Notes: generated by a model not told the origin, from the sequence alone. 64,000 nucleotides of DNA from Clostridiales bacterium (GCA_021204045.1 JAJQAA010000019.1:24125-88124); one strand, 5' to 3'; counted from the first letter of the stretch, positions 9,116 through 18,674 are shown. Numbers and translations are program-made.

Positions 9116-10319
9116 GCCAGCCGTTGCATCGGGGACTTCTGCTATGCCCGGGACGTTCTCTATGTCTGAGCCTGTCTGGATTCTCGGCGGACTGCGCAGC
9201 TTTATCGGCGTAAAAAATGGGATCTACTGCAGGATCCCCGCGGAAATTCTCGGTGCCGAAGTACTAAAGGAACTGAAAAAACGCCTCGCGCTGAATGATA
9301 CCGATATCGATCTCATCATCGGAGGAAACGCCGTCGCAGGCGGAGGAAACATTACCCGCCTCGCGGCTCTTGAGGCCGGGATCTGCAGACAGGTTCCGGC
9401 CATGACCATCGACCTGCAATGCGCCTCCGCCCTGACGGCCGTCAGTACCGCCGCTGCCCGGATCCGCTCCGGTATGGCCGATCTTGTAATCGCGGGCGGC
9501 CTGGAGAGCGTTTCCACGCAGCCGCTTCTTTCTTTCAATCCCAATCACCCTCTTTATGAATCCGGAACTTACACCACATCCCGCTTTTCTACCGGGAAAC
9601 GGGACGAGCAGGCCATGATCCGCGGCGCGGAACGCACCGCTCTTACGGCCCATATCTCCAAAACTGATATGGATCCCTGGATCCGGAAAAGCCACAATCG
9701 CGCGGCCGTTGCGAAACGCCAGGGGCTTCTTTCCGATGTCCAGCTCTCCATCGCCGGGAGCAACCGCGACGAGGGCGTCCGGGAACATATGTCCCAAAGA
9801 TTGCTGGACCGACTGCCGTATCTGCTCCCGGATGGACAATCCATCACCGCAGGCAATGCCTGCCTGATGAATGACGGCGCGGCCTTTGTCGCTCTCTGCT
9901 CGGATCGCTGGCTGCGGACACACAACCGAAGCGCCGCTTTTTGTTTCTGTTGCGATGTACTCTGCGGCGGCGATCCTGACCAGAGTCCGCGCTGCGCCCC
10001 TCTGGCGATTCACCGCCTGCTGGAACAAAACAGCCTTGATTACCGGCAAATCGACGCTTTTGAAGTCAATGAAGCATTTGCGGTCATCGACGTGCTTTTT
10101 GCGCGCGAGTTTCCCGGTATGGAGGATTGTTACAATATCTTCGGCGGTGCGCTCGCTTACGGCCATCCTTATGGCGCTTCCGGCGCGATCCTTCTTTTGC
10201 ATCTGATGGAAGCGCTCAAACTGCGCCGCGGCCGTTTTGGGATCTGCTGCGCCGCGGCCGCCGGAGGGATCGGAGACGCGTTCCTGATTGAACGAGTTTT
10301 CGATCAAACGAATTTCTGA
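9108..10319 (+). CDS. Thiolase-family protein (acetyl-CoA C-acyltransferase-like; YhfS-like)
   Basis: Nucleophile-Cys context TIDLQCASALTAV. C-terminal GGALAYGHPYGASGA and ICCAAAAGGIG. In-frame ATGs occur at 9108 (overlaps the bioY stop), 9144 and 9162. The string CATGTCTGAGCC occurs twice (9107 and 9161), so the start is ambiguous. Confidence 0.8.
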   Translation: MSEPAVASGTSAMPGTFSMSEPVWILGGLRSFIGVKNGIYCRIPAEILGAEVLKELKKRLALNDTDIDLIIGGNAVAGGGNITRLAALEAGICRQVPAMTIDLQCASALTAVSTAAARIRSGMADLVIAGGLESVSTQPLLSFNPNHPLYESGTYTTSRFSTGKRDEQAMIRGAERTALTAHISKTDMDPWIRKSHNRAAVAKRQGLLSDVQLSIAGSNRDEGVREHMSQRLLDRLPYLLPDGQSITAGNACLMNDGAAFVALCSDRWLRTHNRSAAFCFCCDVLCGGDPDQSPRCAPLAIHRLLEQNSLDYRQIDAFEVNEAFAVIDVLFAREFPGMEDCYNIFGGALAYGHPYGASGAILLLHLMEALKLRRGRFGICCAAAAGGIGDAFLIERVFDQTNF

Positions 10320-10356
10320 TCGAATAAACTTCTGATTAAAAGGATTCTCTGACCTC

Positions 10357-11703
10357 ATGAACAATCGTATCCCACAAAATTATCTGGAAATGATCCGGGC
10401 GATACCGCCACAGCGGGAAGCGCTGATCACCGACGGTACCGTTTATACATACGGTTCCCTCGCCGCCGCGGCAGAAGAACGGCAACGGGAATTGGGCGTC
10501 TGGGCACAAAAGCAGTCCGGCACCGCGCAATCATCCGGGCAATCGTATCGGCGGCAACCATGCCAGTCTCCTGCAGGTACTCCGCGCAGTCTCCACCTCA
10601 TCCGCGAGGCGCGCATTGCCCGGCAGCTGATCGATTTTCTCGCCCTGAGCGGCACAAGGCTGGTTCCAATGATTGTACCACAGGATGCAAATCCGGATCC
10701 CGCATTTCCCGGAGAAAGCTCCACTTCCTCTCAAATCCCCTCGTCGGCCTGCATGGCTGTCCTGACCTCCGGTACCTGCGGCCAGGCAAAAATCCTTTAC
10801 CGCAGCTTCGCGAGCTGGTATAATTATTTCACGATCCAGAACCAGATTTTTGATATGAACGCGGACACGCGCCTTTTTCTGCAGGGCAGTCTCGCCTTTA
10901 CCGGAAATCTCAATCTCTGTCTGGCACAGCTGGCCGCGGGCGGCACGGTCATCGCCGAGTCCCAGCCGGATCCGCGCATCTGGCTGCAACGGATCCGGAC
11001 ATGTTATGTAAATGGAATTTACCTCATTCCTTCCAAGCTGCAGCTGTTGGAAAAGCTGTGTCGACAGGAAAAACGCAGAATTGTTAACCCTCATATCCTC
11101 ACGATCATCAGCGGCTCCCAGAGCCTTGGCCGCAGCCAGATGATGGCGCTGAAACGCCATTTTCCGAACGCCGCCCTGACGCTGTATTATGGGGCCAGCG
11201 AGCTCAGCTACCTCACCTATGTGAAAGATTGCGATATGAAGGAAGACGCAAGCCTGATCGGACGCCCCTTCCCGGAGGTTGACCTGCGTCTTGAAAACGG
11301 ACAGTTTCTGGTCAGCACCGCCTATGCCGCCATCGGCTATGAGACGGACGCCTGCATCGGCGACTGCGGACATCAGGACGAAGACGGCCTGTTTTACTTT
11401 GACGGCCGCGCGGACGACATTCTCAACCTCCATGGGCGCAAAATCTCCGCCCTCCGCATTGAGAACGCCCTGCTCTCCCTTCGCGGAATCGATGAGGCAG
11501 CCGTGCAGATCATACGGGAGGGCGGACGTGAATATCTCGCCACCTGGCTGACAGCGGACGAATCCTGCCGGAATGAGCAGCAGATCCGCGCCCGGCTGCG
11601 TTCCCTGCTCCCCGAGTGGGAACTTCCCCGCCGCTTTTATTTTGTATCTTCTCTTCCCCGCACGGAAAGCGGGAAAATCCGCAAAGAAAGGAAATCCGAA
11701 TGA
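10357..11703 (+). CDS. Adenylate-forming acyl-CoA ligase family protein (YhfT-like)
   Basis: AMP-binding-type motifs LTSGTCGQAK, YYGASELSY and GDCGHQDEDGLFYFDGRADD, with C-terminal ESGKIRK. Confidence 0.8.
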   Translation: MNNRIPQNYLEMIRAIPPQREALITDGTVYTYGSLAAAAEERQRELGVWAQKQSGTAQSSGQSYRRQPCQSPAGTPRSLHLIREARIARQLIDFLALSGTRLVPMIVPQDANPDPAFPGESSTSSQIPSSACMAVLTSGTCGQAKILYRSFASWYNYFTIQNQIFDMNADTRLFLQGSLAFTGNLNLCLAQLAAGGTVIAESQPDPRIWLQRIRTCYVNGIYLIPSKLQLLEKLCRQEKRRIVNPHILTIISGSQSLGRSQMMALKRHFPNAALTLYYGASELSYLTYVKDCDMKEDASLIGRPFPEVDLRLENGQFLVSTAYAAIGYETDACIGDCGHQDEDGLFYFDGRADDILNLHGRKISALRIENALLSLRGIDEAAVQIIREGGREYLATWLTADESCRNEQQIRARLRSLLPEWELPRRFYFVSSLPRTESGKIRKERKSE

Positions 11704-12605
11704 TGAACCAGGTATTTACGAACCAGGCATTTACAAACCGGACATCTGCAAGTCAGGCATCTGCAAACCAGCCATCCATGAGTCAGGCACCTGCAAATCA
11801 GACATTTACAGGCAGCAGCAGCTATGTGGCCTCCGAAGAGCTCATGGGCGCGGTCAACATTGCCTTAGTCCTCCAGAAGCCCCTGCTCATCAAGGGAGAA
11901 CCCGGCACCGGAAAGACCATGCTGGCACAGGCGGTCGCGGAAGCGTTAAACAAGAAGCTGATCATCTGGAATATCAAATCCACCACCAAAGCACAGGACG
12001 GTCTCTATGTCTACGACGTAGTACAGCGGCTGTACGACAGCCAGTTCGGCACACATGGCGTCGACGACATCGCGCGCTACATCAAACTCGGCAAGCTGGG
12101 CGAAGCGTTCCAGGCACAGGAGCAGGTCGTCCTGCTGATCGATGAGATCGACAAGGCGGATCTGGAGTTTCCCAACGACCTTCTGTGGGAGCTGGACCAG
12201 ATGGAATTCTATATTCCGGAAACCAAGGAAACGATACGGGCAAAACAGCGCCCGGCGGTCATCATTACCTCCAACGCGGAGAAAGAGCTGCCGGACGCCT
12301 TTTTGCGCCGCTGTGTCTTTCACTATATTGACTTTCCGGACCAGAAGCAAATGGAACAGATCATCCGCGTCCATTTTGACAATCTGGACCAGCATCTGAT
12401 CCATCAGGCCCTGGCGTCCTTCTACTGGATCCGCCAGCTTACCGGCATCGAGAAAAAGCCCAGCACCTCCGAGCTCGTCGACTGGCTGCGCGCGCTCGTG
12501 GCCGGAGGCGTCAACCCCGACCGCATCCGCAAAGAGATTCCCTTCGCGGGCGTGCTGCTCAAAAAAGATAAGGATTTACAGACTCTTCACCGAAATGGAG
12601 GCTGA
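11700..12605 (+). CDS. MoxR/CoxD-like AAA+ ATPase (AAA_5 type)
   Basis: The start ATGATG overlaps the ligase stop (ATGA). Walker A GEPGTGKT. Walker B VLLIDEIDKA. The N-terminus is a Q/N/S/T-rich pentapeptide repeat. Confidence 0.85.
   Translation: MMNQVFTNQAFTNRTSASQASANQPSMSQAPANQTFTGSSSYVASEELMGAVNIALVLQKPLLIKGEPGTGKTMLAQAVAEALNKKLIIWNIKSTTKAQDGLYVYDVVQRLYDSQFGTHGVDDIARYIKLGKLGEAFQAQEQVVLLIDEIDKADLEFPNDLLWELDQMEFYIPETKETIRAKQRPAVIITSNAEKELPDAFLRRCVFHYIDFPDQKQMEQIIRVHFDNLDQHLIHQALASFYWIRQLTGIEKKPSTSELVDWLRALVAGGVNPDRIRKEIPFAGVLLKKDKDLQTLHRNGG
11706..11810 (+). repeat. Seven imperfect 15-bp tandem repeats inside the 5' end of the AAA+ gene
   Basis: Units: aaccaggtatttacg, aaccaggcatttaca, aaccggacatctgca, agtcaggcatctgca, aaccagccatccatg, agtcaggcacctgca, aatcagacatttaca. 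They encode QVFTN QAFTN RTSAS QASAN QPSMS QAPAN QTFTG. Confidence 0.9.
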
Positions 12606-12608
12606 GCC

Positions 12609-13823
12609 ATGTTTGTCTCATTTTTCTATCTTCTGCGCCAGCGCGGGCTGGATGTCTCCTTAAGCGAATGGCTGACGCTGCTGGAAGCCATGGAAAAGGG
12701 ACTGCACCATTCCAGCCTCACCGGCTTTTATCATCTCTGCCGCGCGCTCATTATCAAAGGCGAGTCGGAGTTCGACCGCTTTGACCAGGTCTTTCTCGAG
12801 TTTTTTAAGGATGTTCCCTTTCACGGGGAGCTTCCGCAGGAGCTGATGGACTGGCTGAATCACCCCTCCGAGGATCTCATGCGCTCATTGGAGGAGCTGC
12901 GCAGCCAGGGTTTTCCGGACGAGACCTTTGAAGAGCTTCTGAAAATGCTGGAAGAACGCCTCAGAGAACAGGATGCTGAGCACAACGGCGGCAGCCACTG
13001 GATCGGCACCCAGGGCCGCTCCCCGTTTGGCAACAGCGGCTGGCATCCAAACGGCATCCGCATCGGCGGCCAGAGCCGCTGGCGCACCGCCATGTCCGTG
13101 GCGGGTGAGCGCAAATACCGCGATTTCCGCAAGGACAATACGCTCGACACCCGGCAGTTTCAGCTGGCGTTCCGCCTGCTTCGCCAGATGTCCGTCCAGA
13201 CAAGCAGCCAGGAACGCGAGCTTGATCTGGACGAAACCATCCAGGATACCTGTGACAACGGCGGCATACTCAAAGTACGCTACAAAAAACCGCGCAAAAA
13301 TGCCATCAAACTCCTGCTGCTGATGGATTCCGGCGGTTCTATGGACTACTACTCCGAACTTTGCAGCATGCTGTTCCAAGCCGCAACCAAATCGCGCCAT
13401 TTCAAGGAGCTGCACACCTACTATTTCCACAACTGTGTGGACGATGATCTTTTCACGCATCCGTCTCTCGGCTGGGAAAACGCCGTGCCGCTAGACTGGG
13501 TGCTGGCCAATTTTGACAGTTCCTACAGGGTCATCCTCGTCGGCGACGCTGCCATGAATCCCTACGAGCTGAAGGAAAAACGCTACGAATGGGGAACCGG
13601 AAATTACCATTCTTCCGGACTGGAATGCCTGGAAAAGCTGAAAAATCATTTTCCCGCCATTATCTGGCTCAACCCTGAGCCAGCGCCCGCACACCCGGAT
13701 TTCTGGACCCAGACGCACTGGTTTCTGATGCAGATGTTTGCGATGTATGATCTTTCAGCCGAAGGGCTGGAAAAGGGGATACGGCGGCTAATGACGCCTT
13801 TCGATGGAAAAAGGCACAGCTAA
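12609..13823 (+). CDS. CoxE-type von Willebrand factor A domain protein
   Basis: N-terminus MFVSFFYLLRQRGLDVSLSEWLTLLEA is typical of the VWA_CoxE family. MIDAS-like LLLMDSGGSM. GGAGG RBS inside the end of the AAA gene. Confidence 0.8.
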   Translation: MFVSFFYLLRQRGLDVSLSEWLTLLEAMEKGLHHSSLTGFYHLCRALIIKGESEFDRFDQVFLEFFKDVPFHGELPQELMDWLNHPSEDLMRSLEELRSQGFPDETFEELLKMLEERLREQDAEHNGGSHWIGTQGRSPFGNSGWHPNGIRIGGQSRWRTAMSVAGERKYRDFRKDNTLDTRQFQLAFRLLRQMSVQTSSQERELDLDETIQDTCDNGGILKVRYKKPRKNAIKLLLLMDSGGSMDYYSELCSMLFQAATKSRHFKELHTYYFHNCVDDDLFTHPSLGWENAVPLDWVLANFDSSYRVILVGDAAMNPYELKEKRYEWGTGNYHSSGLECLEKLKNHFPAIIWLNPEPAPAHPDFWTQTHWFLMQMFAMYDLSAEGLEKGIRRLMTPFDGKRHS

Positions 13824-13834
13824 TATGCTGTGCC
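13813..13834 (+). terminator. Weak hairpin at the end of the six-gene unit
   Basis: GGCACAGC-taatat-GCTGTGCC spans the VWA stop codon. No clear U-tract follows. Confidence 0.3.
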
Positions 13835-13854
13835 CTCTCCAAATAAATTCGTGT

Positions 13855-13883
13855 TTGAAATTGTCATGCAATCGCGTTATAGT
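13855..13883 (+). promoter_or_regulatory. Putative promoter of the YitT-family gene
   Basis: TTGAAA, 17 nt, TATAGT. Confidence 0.45.
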
Positions 13884-13923
13884 ATCCGCGTCCTCATCAT
13901 TTGACCAAAGGAGCTGCGCGATT

Positions 13924-14799
13924 ATGGCGACATCAATCCGAACCATTCGCAATCCCTGGCTGCGGAGACTGGCGGAATATGGAATTATCACAATCAGCAT
14001 TTTTATTATGGCTGTGGGAGTCTATTTTTTTAAATTCCCCAACCACTTTTCCTTTGGCGGCGTTACCGGACTTTCACCGGTGATCAGCTGCCTTACCGAC
14101 TGCTCCGCTTCCGGTTTTACTTTTCTCGCAAATATGGGACTTCTGGTTCTCGGTTTTCTCTTTCTTGGAGCCAGCGTCGGTATTAAGACGGTCTACGCCA
14201 GCCTGATGCTCTCGGCTTTCCTCTCCATCATGGAACAGATCTGCCCTCTTGACGCGCCTTTGACCAGTCAGCCGCTGCTGGAACTCTGCTTCGCGGTGCT
14301 TCTGCCCGCGATCGGTTCCGCGATTCTGTTCAATATCGGCGTTTCCAGCGGCGGTACAGACATTGTGGCGATGATTCTCAAAAAACACACCAGCCTCAAT
14401 ATCGGCTCGGCGCTGTTTGCGGTCGACGCGCTCTCCGTGGTACTGGCCTTTTTTGTCTTCGACCCGGAGACCAGCCTGTTTTCCACACTCGGCCTGACCG
14501 CCAAATCTCTGATGGTCGACGGTCTGATTGAAAATATGAACCTGTGTAAATGCTTCACCATCGTCTGCGATGACCCGGATCCGATCTGTCAGTTTATCAT
14601 TCGCGAGCTTCACCGCGACGCTACCGTCTATGAGGCACAGGGGGCGTTTACCCACCATGATAAATCCGTAATCATGACGACAATGCGGCGCCCGCAGGCT
14701 CTGCGGCTGCGCAACTACATCCGCCGCACCCAGCCCGGAGCCTTCATCATGATCTCCAACTCCAGTGAGATTATCGGGAAAGGGTTCCTGGCGGGCTGA
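13924..14799 (+). CDS. YitT-family membrane protein (DUF2179 C-terminal domain)
   Basis: ORF trimmed to MATSIRTIRNP... with an AAAGGAG RBS. Motifs GGVTGLS and SSGGTDIVAMIL, followed by a soluble C-terminal domain. Confidence 0.8.
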   Translation: MATSIRTIRNPWLRRLAEYGIITISIFIMAVGVYFFKFPNHFSFGGVTGLSPVISCLTDCSASGFTFLANMGLLVLGFLFLGASVGIKTVYASLMLSAFLSIMEQICPLDAPLTSQPLLELCFAVLLPAIGSAILFNIGVSSGGTDIVAMILKKHTSLNIGSALFAVDALSVVLAFFVFDPETSLFSTLGLTAKSLMVDGLIENMNLCKCFTIVCDDPDPICQFIIRELHRDATVYEAQGAFTHHDKSVIMTTMRRPQALRLRNYIRRTQPGAFIMISNSSEIIGKGFLAG

Positions 14800-16249
14800 C
14801 CCGCGCTGCCTCCGTGATCATCTCGCAAAACGACGGATGCGGCCGCACAACCGCCGCCATCTCCTCCATCGTCTGTTCCTCACGGATGGCGGCCGCGAAC
14901 TCGCTCACCATATCGGTGGCGCGGGCACAAAAAAGCTGCGCGCCCAGGATGCGATGTGTCTGTTCCTCATAGACAACCTTGATAAACCCGCGCTCCTGCA
15001 GCGTCAGAACCGATTTCCCGTTCGCCGAACTCAGTATCTTGTGGCTCTTTGCGGCAATTCCCTTTTCCTTCGCTTCCGCTGCCGTCAAACCCACGGAAGC
15101 GATCTCCGGGCTGGTGTAAATGCAGCTGGGAATCCAGTCCGGCTTTGGATCGTCCGGCAGGCCCGCGATATGGCGAACCGCCCGCAGCCCCTGAGCCGTG
15201 GCCGCATGCGCCAGCAGGAACTGTCCGTTCACATCACCGATCGCGTAAATGCCCGGGATACTGGTCTCGTAATGTTCATCGACCAGAACGCGTCCGCGCT
15301 CCATCCCGGGAGTGCAATCTTCGGCAAACAACCCTTCCGTGTAAGGCCGGCGGCCCGTCGCGATCAGTACGGCCTGCGCCGTACAATGCCGTTCCCCGTC
15401 CTTTTCTTCAAACGTACAGCAAATCCCCTCTTCCGCCTGCGTCAGGGCGGATACCTTCGCGCCGGTATGGACAGCAACGCCTTTTTTTTGCAGCGACAGC
15501 TTCAGGCTCTGGCCCAGCTCCCTGTCCATATTGGCAATCAGGGACGGCAGCGCCTCCAGGATCGTCACCTTCGTGCCAAACGCCTGCCATATCCCGGCAA
15601 ACTCCACGCCGATGACGCCGCCGCCGATGATGAGAAGCGATTTTAGCGGTTCCCCGTCGTAAAACAAAAATTCGTCGCTGGTCATAACGCCGGGAAGATC
15701 GCTCCCCGGTATCGGCGGAATGGCGGGGACGCTTCCGGTAGCAAGCAAAATGTCAGGAGCTTCCAAGAGCACAGTGCCTGGCATATCTGCGCTATCTCCC
15801 ACTGTACCTGCGTTGTTTCCCGCCGCTTCTGCATCATCTCCTGCTGTGCCTGCGCCATCGCCCATGTTACCCGTCACCCGGACAAGCTTTTTTTCCGCGT
15901 CAACGATCGTCCCCTTTCCCGAAGAGACCGCGACCTTCGCCGCTTTCAGCCGCGCCGCAATCCCTTTTTGCAACGTATCGACCGTGCTCTTTCTGTGCGC
16001 CTGCACCGCTTTCATATCCATGGACGGCGTGCCCGTCACAATGCCAAAACGGCCCGCGTCCCGAATCTCCTCGTAAACTTCCGCCGAATGAATCAACGTC
16101 TTTGTCGGGATGCAGCCGCGGTTCAGGCAGGTGCCGCCCAGATCGCCTTTCTCAACCAGCGCCGTGCGCAACCCCAGGCGCGCCGCCTCAAACGCGGCCT
16201 CGTAGCCGCCCGGCCCCGCGCCGATAATAATAAGATCAAACATAAACAT
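14771..16249 (-). CDS. lpdA: Dihydrolipoyl dehydrogenase (L protein)
   Basis: FAD motif GAGPGGY. Redox-active disulfide GGTCLNRGCIPTK. Last gene of the gcv cluster. It carries a ~30-aa G/A/D-rich insertion. Confidence 0.85.
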   Translation of the reverse strand: MFMFDLIIIGAGPGGYEAAFEAARLGLRTALVEKGDLGGTCLNRGCIPTKTLIHSAEVYEEIRDAGRFGIVTGTPSMDMKAVQAHRKSTVDTLQKGIAARLKAAKVAVSSGKGTIVDAEKKLVRVTGNMGDGAGTAGDDAEAAGNNAGTVGDSADMPGTVLLEAPDILLATGSVPAIPPIPGSDLPGVMTSDEFLFYDGEPLKSLLIIGGGVIGVEFAGIWQAFGTKVTILEALPSLIANMDRELGQSLKLSLQKKGVAVHTGAKVSALTQAEEGICCTFEEKDGERHCTAQAVLIATGRRPYTEGLFAEDCTPGMERGRVLVDEHYETSIPGIYAIGDVNGQFLLAHAATAQGLRAVRHIAGLPDDPKPDWIPSCIYTSPEIASVGLTAAEAKEKGIAAKSHKILSSANGKSVLTLQERGFIKVVYEEQTHRILGAQLFCARATDMVSEFAAAIREEQTMEEMAAVVRPHPSFCEMITEAARVSPPGTLSR

Positions 16250-16261
16250 CCTCCTGATATT

Positions 16262-17266
16262 TTACATCTGCTCCCGCACCATGGCGCAGAGATTTTCCCG
16301 GACTTCTTCCGGCACACCGCGTTCCTCCATTCCCCGCTCCAGGACATTGCACAGCGCCCCCGCCTCGTATGGGCAGCCGGCCAACCACACGCCCGCCTGA
16401 TCAAACCACTCCGCTTCCATGGCATCGGAGGAGAGCAGCGCTTCTTCCACAATGCCGCGATTAACCTTCAACGCCAGCTCCACCTCGCCCCAGGCAAAAC
16501 GCCCTGCCAAACGATTGGTAAAGGGAATGTTCCTTCCGTATTTCCATTCCCGGGAAGCCAGGCGGTCGCGCAGCCGCGCAATTTCCGCCGCATCAAAACG
16601 GCTTTCGTCAAAGGCCGCGACAGGCAGACCATAAATTCCGGAAAAAGAACGAACCATCGCCTCTTTCATGGACGATACCGTAATTTCCGGACAGAGCGAC
16701 GCAAGATTGACCACGCGGGAACGGACGGAGGCCACGCCGTTGGAGTGCAGCTTGGCTGTCGACGGATTGAGAAAACGCGACATCCTGGCCATGTCCACAT
16801 TCAGAAGAAGTGTCCCGTGATGATAATAATAACCGCCGGAGTCAAAAAAGGCGTTCCCGGAAAATTTCCGCCCGTCGACCGTGACATCGTTGCGCCCCGT
16901 CCGCCGCGCGTCCAGGCCGAATGAAGCGACCGCATCGACAATAACGGCCAGTTGTTTTTGTACGTCCGCGTTTTTCTTATGTGTGCAAAAAGTAAAATTT
17001 ACATTTCCCAGGTCATGGTAGACCGCGCCGCCGCCGGAAAGGCGGCGGGCCAGCCGCCCACCGTCCGCTTCCAGTTCGCTCACGCGGCATTCCTTCCAGC
17101 AGTTTTGGTTACGGCCGATGACGACCGTGTGCGCGTTCTGCCACAGAAAAAGAATACATTCTCCCAGTTCTGCATGAAAGGTGAGATATTCCTCCCGCGC
17201 CAGATTTTCATACGGATCTGTCGTATCGCTGTTATATAAGGATAACGTATCAATCATACCGCACAA
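16262..17266 (-). CDS. lplA: Lipoate-protein ligase A
   Basis: RRLSGGGAVYHDLGNVNFTF motif. Located within the gcv operon. Confidence 0.8.
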   Translation of the reverse strand: MCGMIDTLSLYNSDTTDPYENLAREEYLTFHAELGECILFLWQNAHTVVIGRNQNCWKECRVSELEADGGRLARRLSGGGAVYHDLGNVNFTFCTHKKNADVQKQLAVIVDAVASFGLDARRTGRNDVTVDGRKFSGNAFFDSGGYYYHHGTLLLNVDMARMSRFLNPSTAKLHSNGVASVRSRVVNLASLCPEITVSSMKEAMVRSFSGIYGLPVAAFDESRFDAAEIARLRDRLASREWKYGRNIPFTNRLAGRFAWGEVELALKVNRGIVEEALLSSDAMEAEWFDQAGVWLAGCPYEAGALCNVLERGMEERGVPEEVRENLCAMVREQM

Positions 17267-18674
17267 CCGGCTTGCGCGCTGCCGTGACCTCGTCGAGCCG
17301 ACGCACCGGGGTCTGCTGTGGATATGCGTGCATCTGTTCCGGCGTCTTTTCGGACTGCTTCAGCACCTCGATAAAGATCCGCACAGCCTCGTCGATCGTC
17401 TCGCGGCTCTCCGTCTCAGTCGGCTCAATCATCAGCGCCTCATGGACAATGAGCGGGAAATACATGGTCGGCGGATGGATACCGTGATCCAGCAGCGCCT
17501 TGGCGATATCCAGCGCGGAAACATTCCGCTCATGCTTCTCGTGCTCCAGCGTCATCACAAACTCATGCATGCAGGTGCGGTCATAGGCCATGTGATAATA
17601 CGGTTTTAGTTCGTGCATCATATAATTGGCGTTCAGCACCGCGCCCGTGGCCGCCTCCGGGATCCCCTCACGGCCCAGAGACATGATATAGCAGAGCGCG
17701 CGCACGACTACAAGGAAATTGCCGTAAAAACCGTGCATATCGCCGATCGACTGCTTTGCCCGCATCGCTTCGTAACCGTCCCCACTTTCCACGACCCGCA
17801 TCCCCGGCAGGAAATCCGCAAGGAAATGCTTGCAGGCCACCGGGCCGCTTCCCGGGCCGCCGCCGCCATGCGGCGTCGAGAACGTCTTGTGCAGGTTCAG
17901 GTGCATCACGTCAAATCCCATGTCGCCGGGGCGGGCAATCCCCATAATCGCGTTCAGGTTTGCCCCGTCATAATAACAGAGTCCGCCGGCCTCATGGACA
18001 ATCCGAGTGATCTCGGCAATGTTCGGGTCAAACAAACCCACCGTGTTCGGGTTGGTCAGCATCAGGCCCGCCGTATCCTCGCCGACGGCGGCCCGCAGCG
18101 CCGCAAGATCTACACAGCCATTTTCATCGGAGACAATGTTAATTACGTCAAACCCGGCCATCGCCCCGCTCGCCGGGTTCGTGCCATGCGCGGAGTCGGG
18201 AACAATAATTTTTCTGCGTTTTTCATCGCCGCGGCTCACATGATACGCCTTGATCAGCAGCAGGCCGGTAAATTCCCCGTGCGCCCCGGCCGCGGGCTGC
18301 AGCGTGCAGGCGTCCATTCCCGTGATCGCGCACAGCGCATTTTCGGTTTTATGAATCACTTCCAGGCATCCTTGCGCGTCCGCCGCGTCCTGCAACGGAT
18401 GGATCTGTGAAAATCCCGGAAGCGCCGCAGCCTGTTCGTCGATCTTCGGATTGTATTTCATCGTGCAGGAACCCAGCGGATAAAAACCGTCGTTGACGCC
18501 GTGCACCTGCTTCGCCAGCTCCGTATAATGACGTGAAAGCTCGGTCTCCGATACCTCCGGCAGCCGCGGACGCGCGGCGCGCCGCGTCGCCTTCCCGCTC
18601 ACATCCGGCGCCTGGCAATCCGGCAGCAGATCACAGCCCCGGCCCGGAGCGCCCATCTCAAATATCAGCTTCAT
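17250..18674 (-). CDS. gcvPB: Glycine dehydrogenase (decarboxylating) subunit 2
   Basis: Trimmed to MKLIFEMGAPGRG.... This ATG overlaps the gcvPA stop. PLP-lysine context NLHKTFSTPHGGGGPG. Confidence 0.9.
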   Translation of the reverse strand: MKLIFEMGAPGRGCDLLPDCQAPDVSGKATRRAARPRLPEVSETELSRHYTELAKQVHGVNDGFYPLGSCTMKYNPKIDEQAAALPGFSQIHPLQDAADAQGCLEVIHKTENALCAITGMDACTLQPAAGAHGEFTGLLLIKAYHVSRGDEKRRKIIVPDSAHGTNPASGAMAGFDVINIVSDENGCVDLAALRAAVGEDTAGLMLTNPNTVGLFDPNIAEITRIVHEAGGLCYYDGANLNAIMGIARPGDMGFDVMHLNLHKTFSTPHGGGGPGSGPVACKHFLADFLPGMRVVESGDGYEAMRAKQSIGDMHGFYGNFLVVVRALCYIMSLGREGIPEAATGAVLNANYMMHELKPYYHMAYDRTCMHEFVMTLEHEKHERNVSALDIAKALLDHGIHPPTMYFPLIVHEALMIEPTETESRETIDEAVRIFIEVLKQSEKTPEQMHAYPQQTPVRRLDEVTAARKPVVRYD

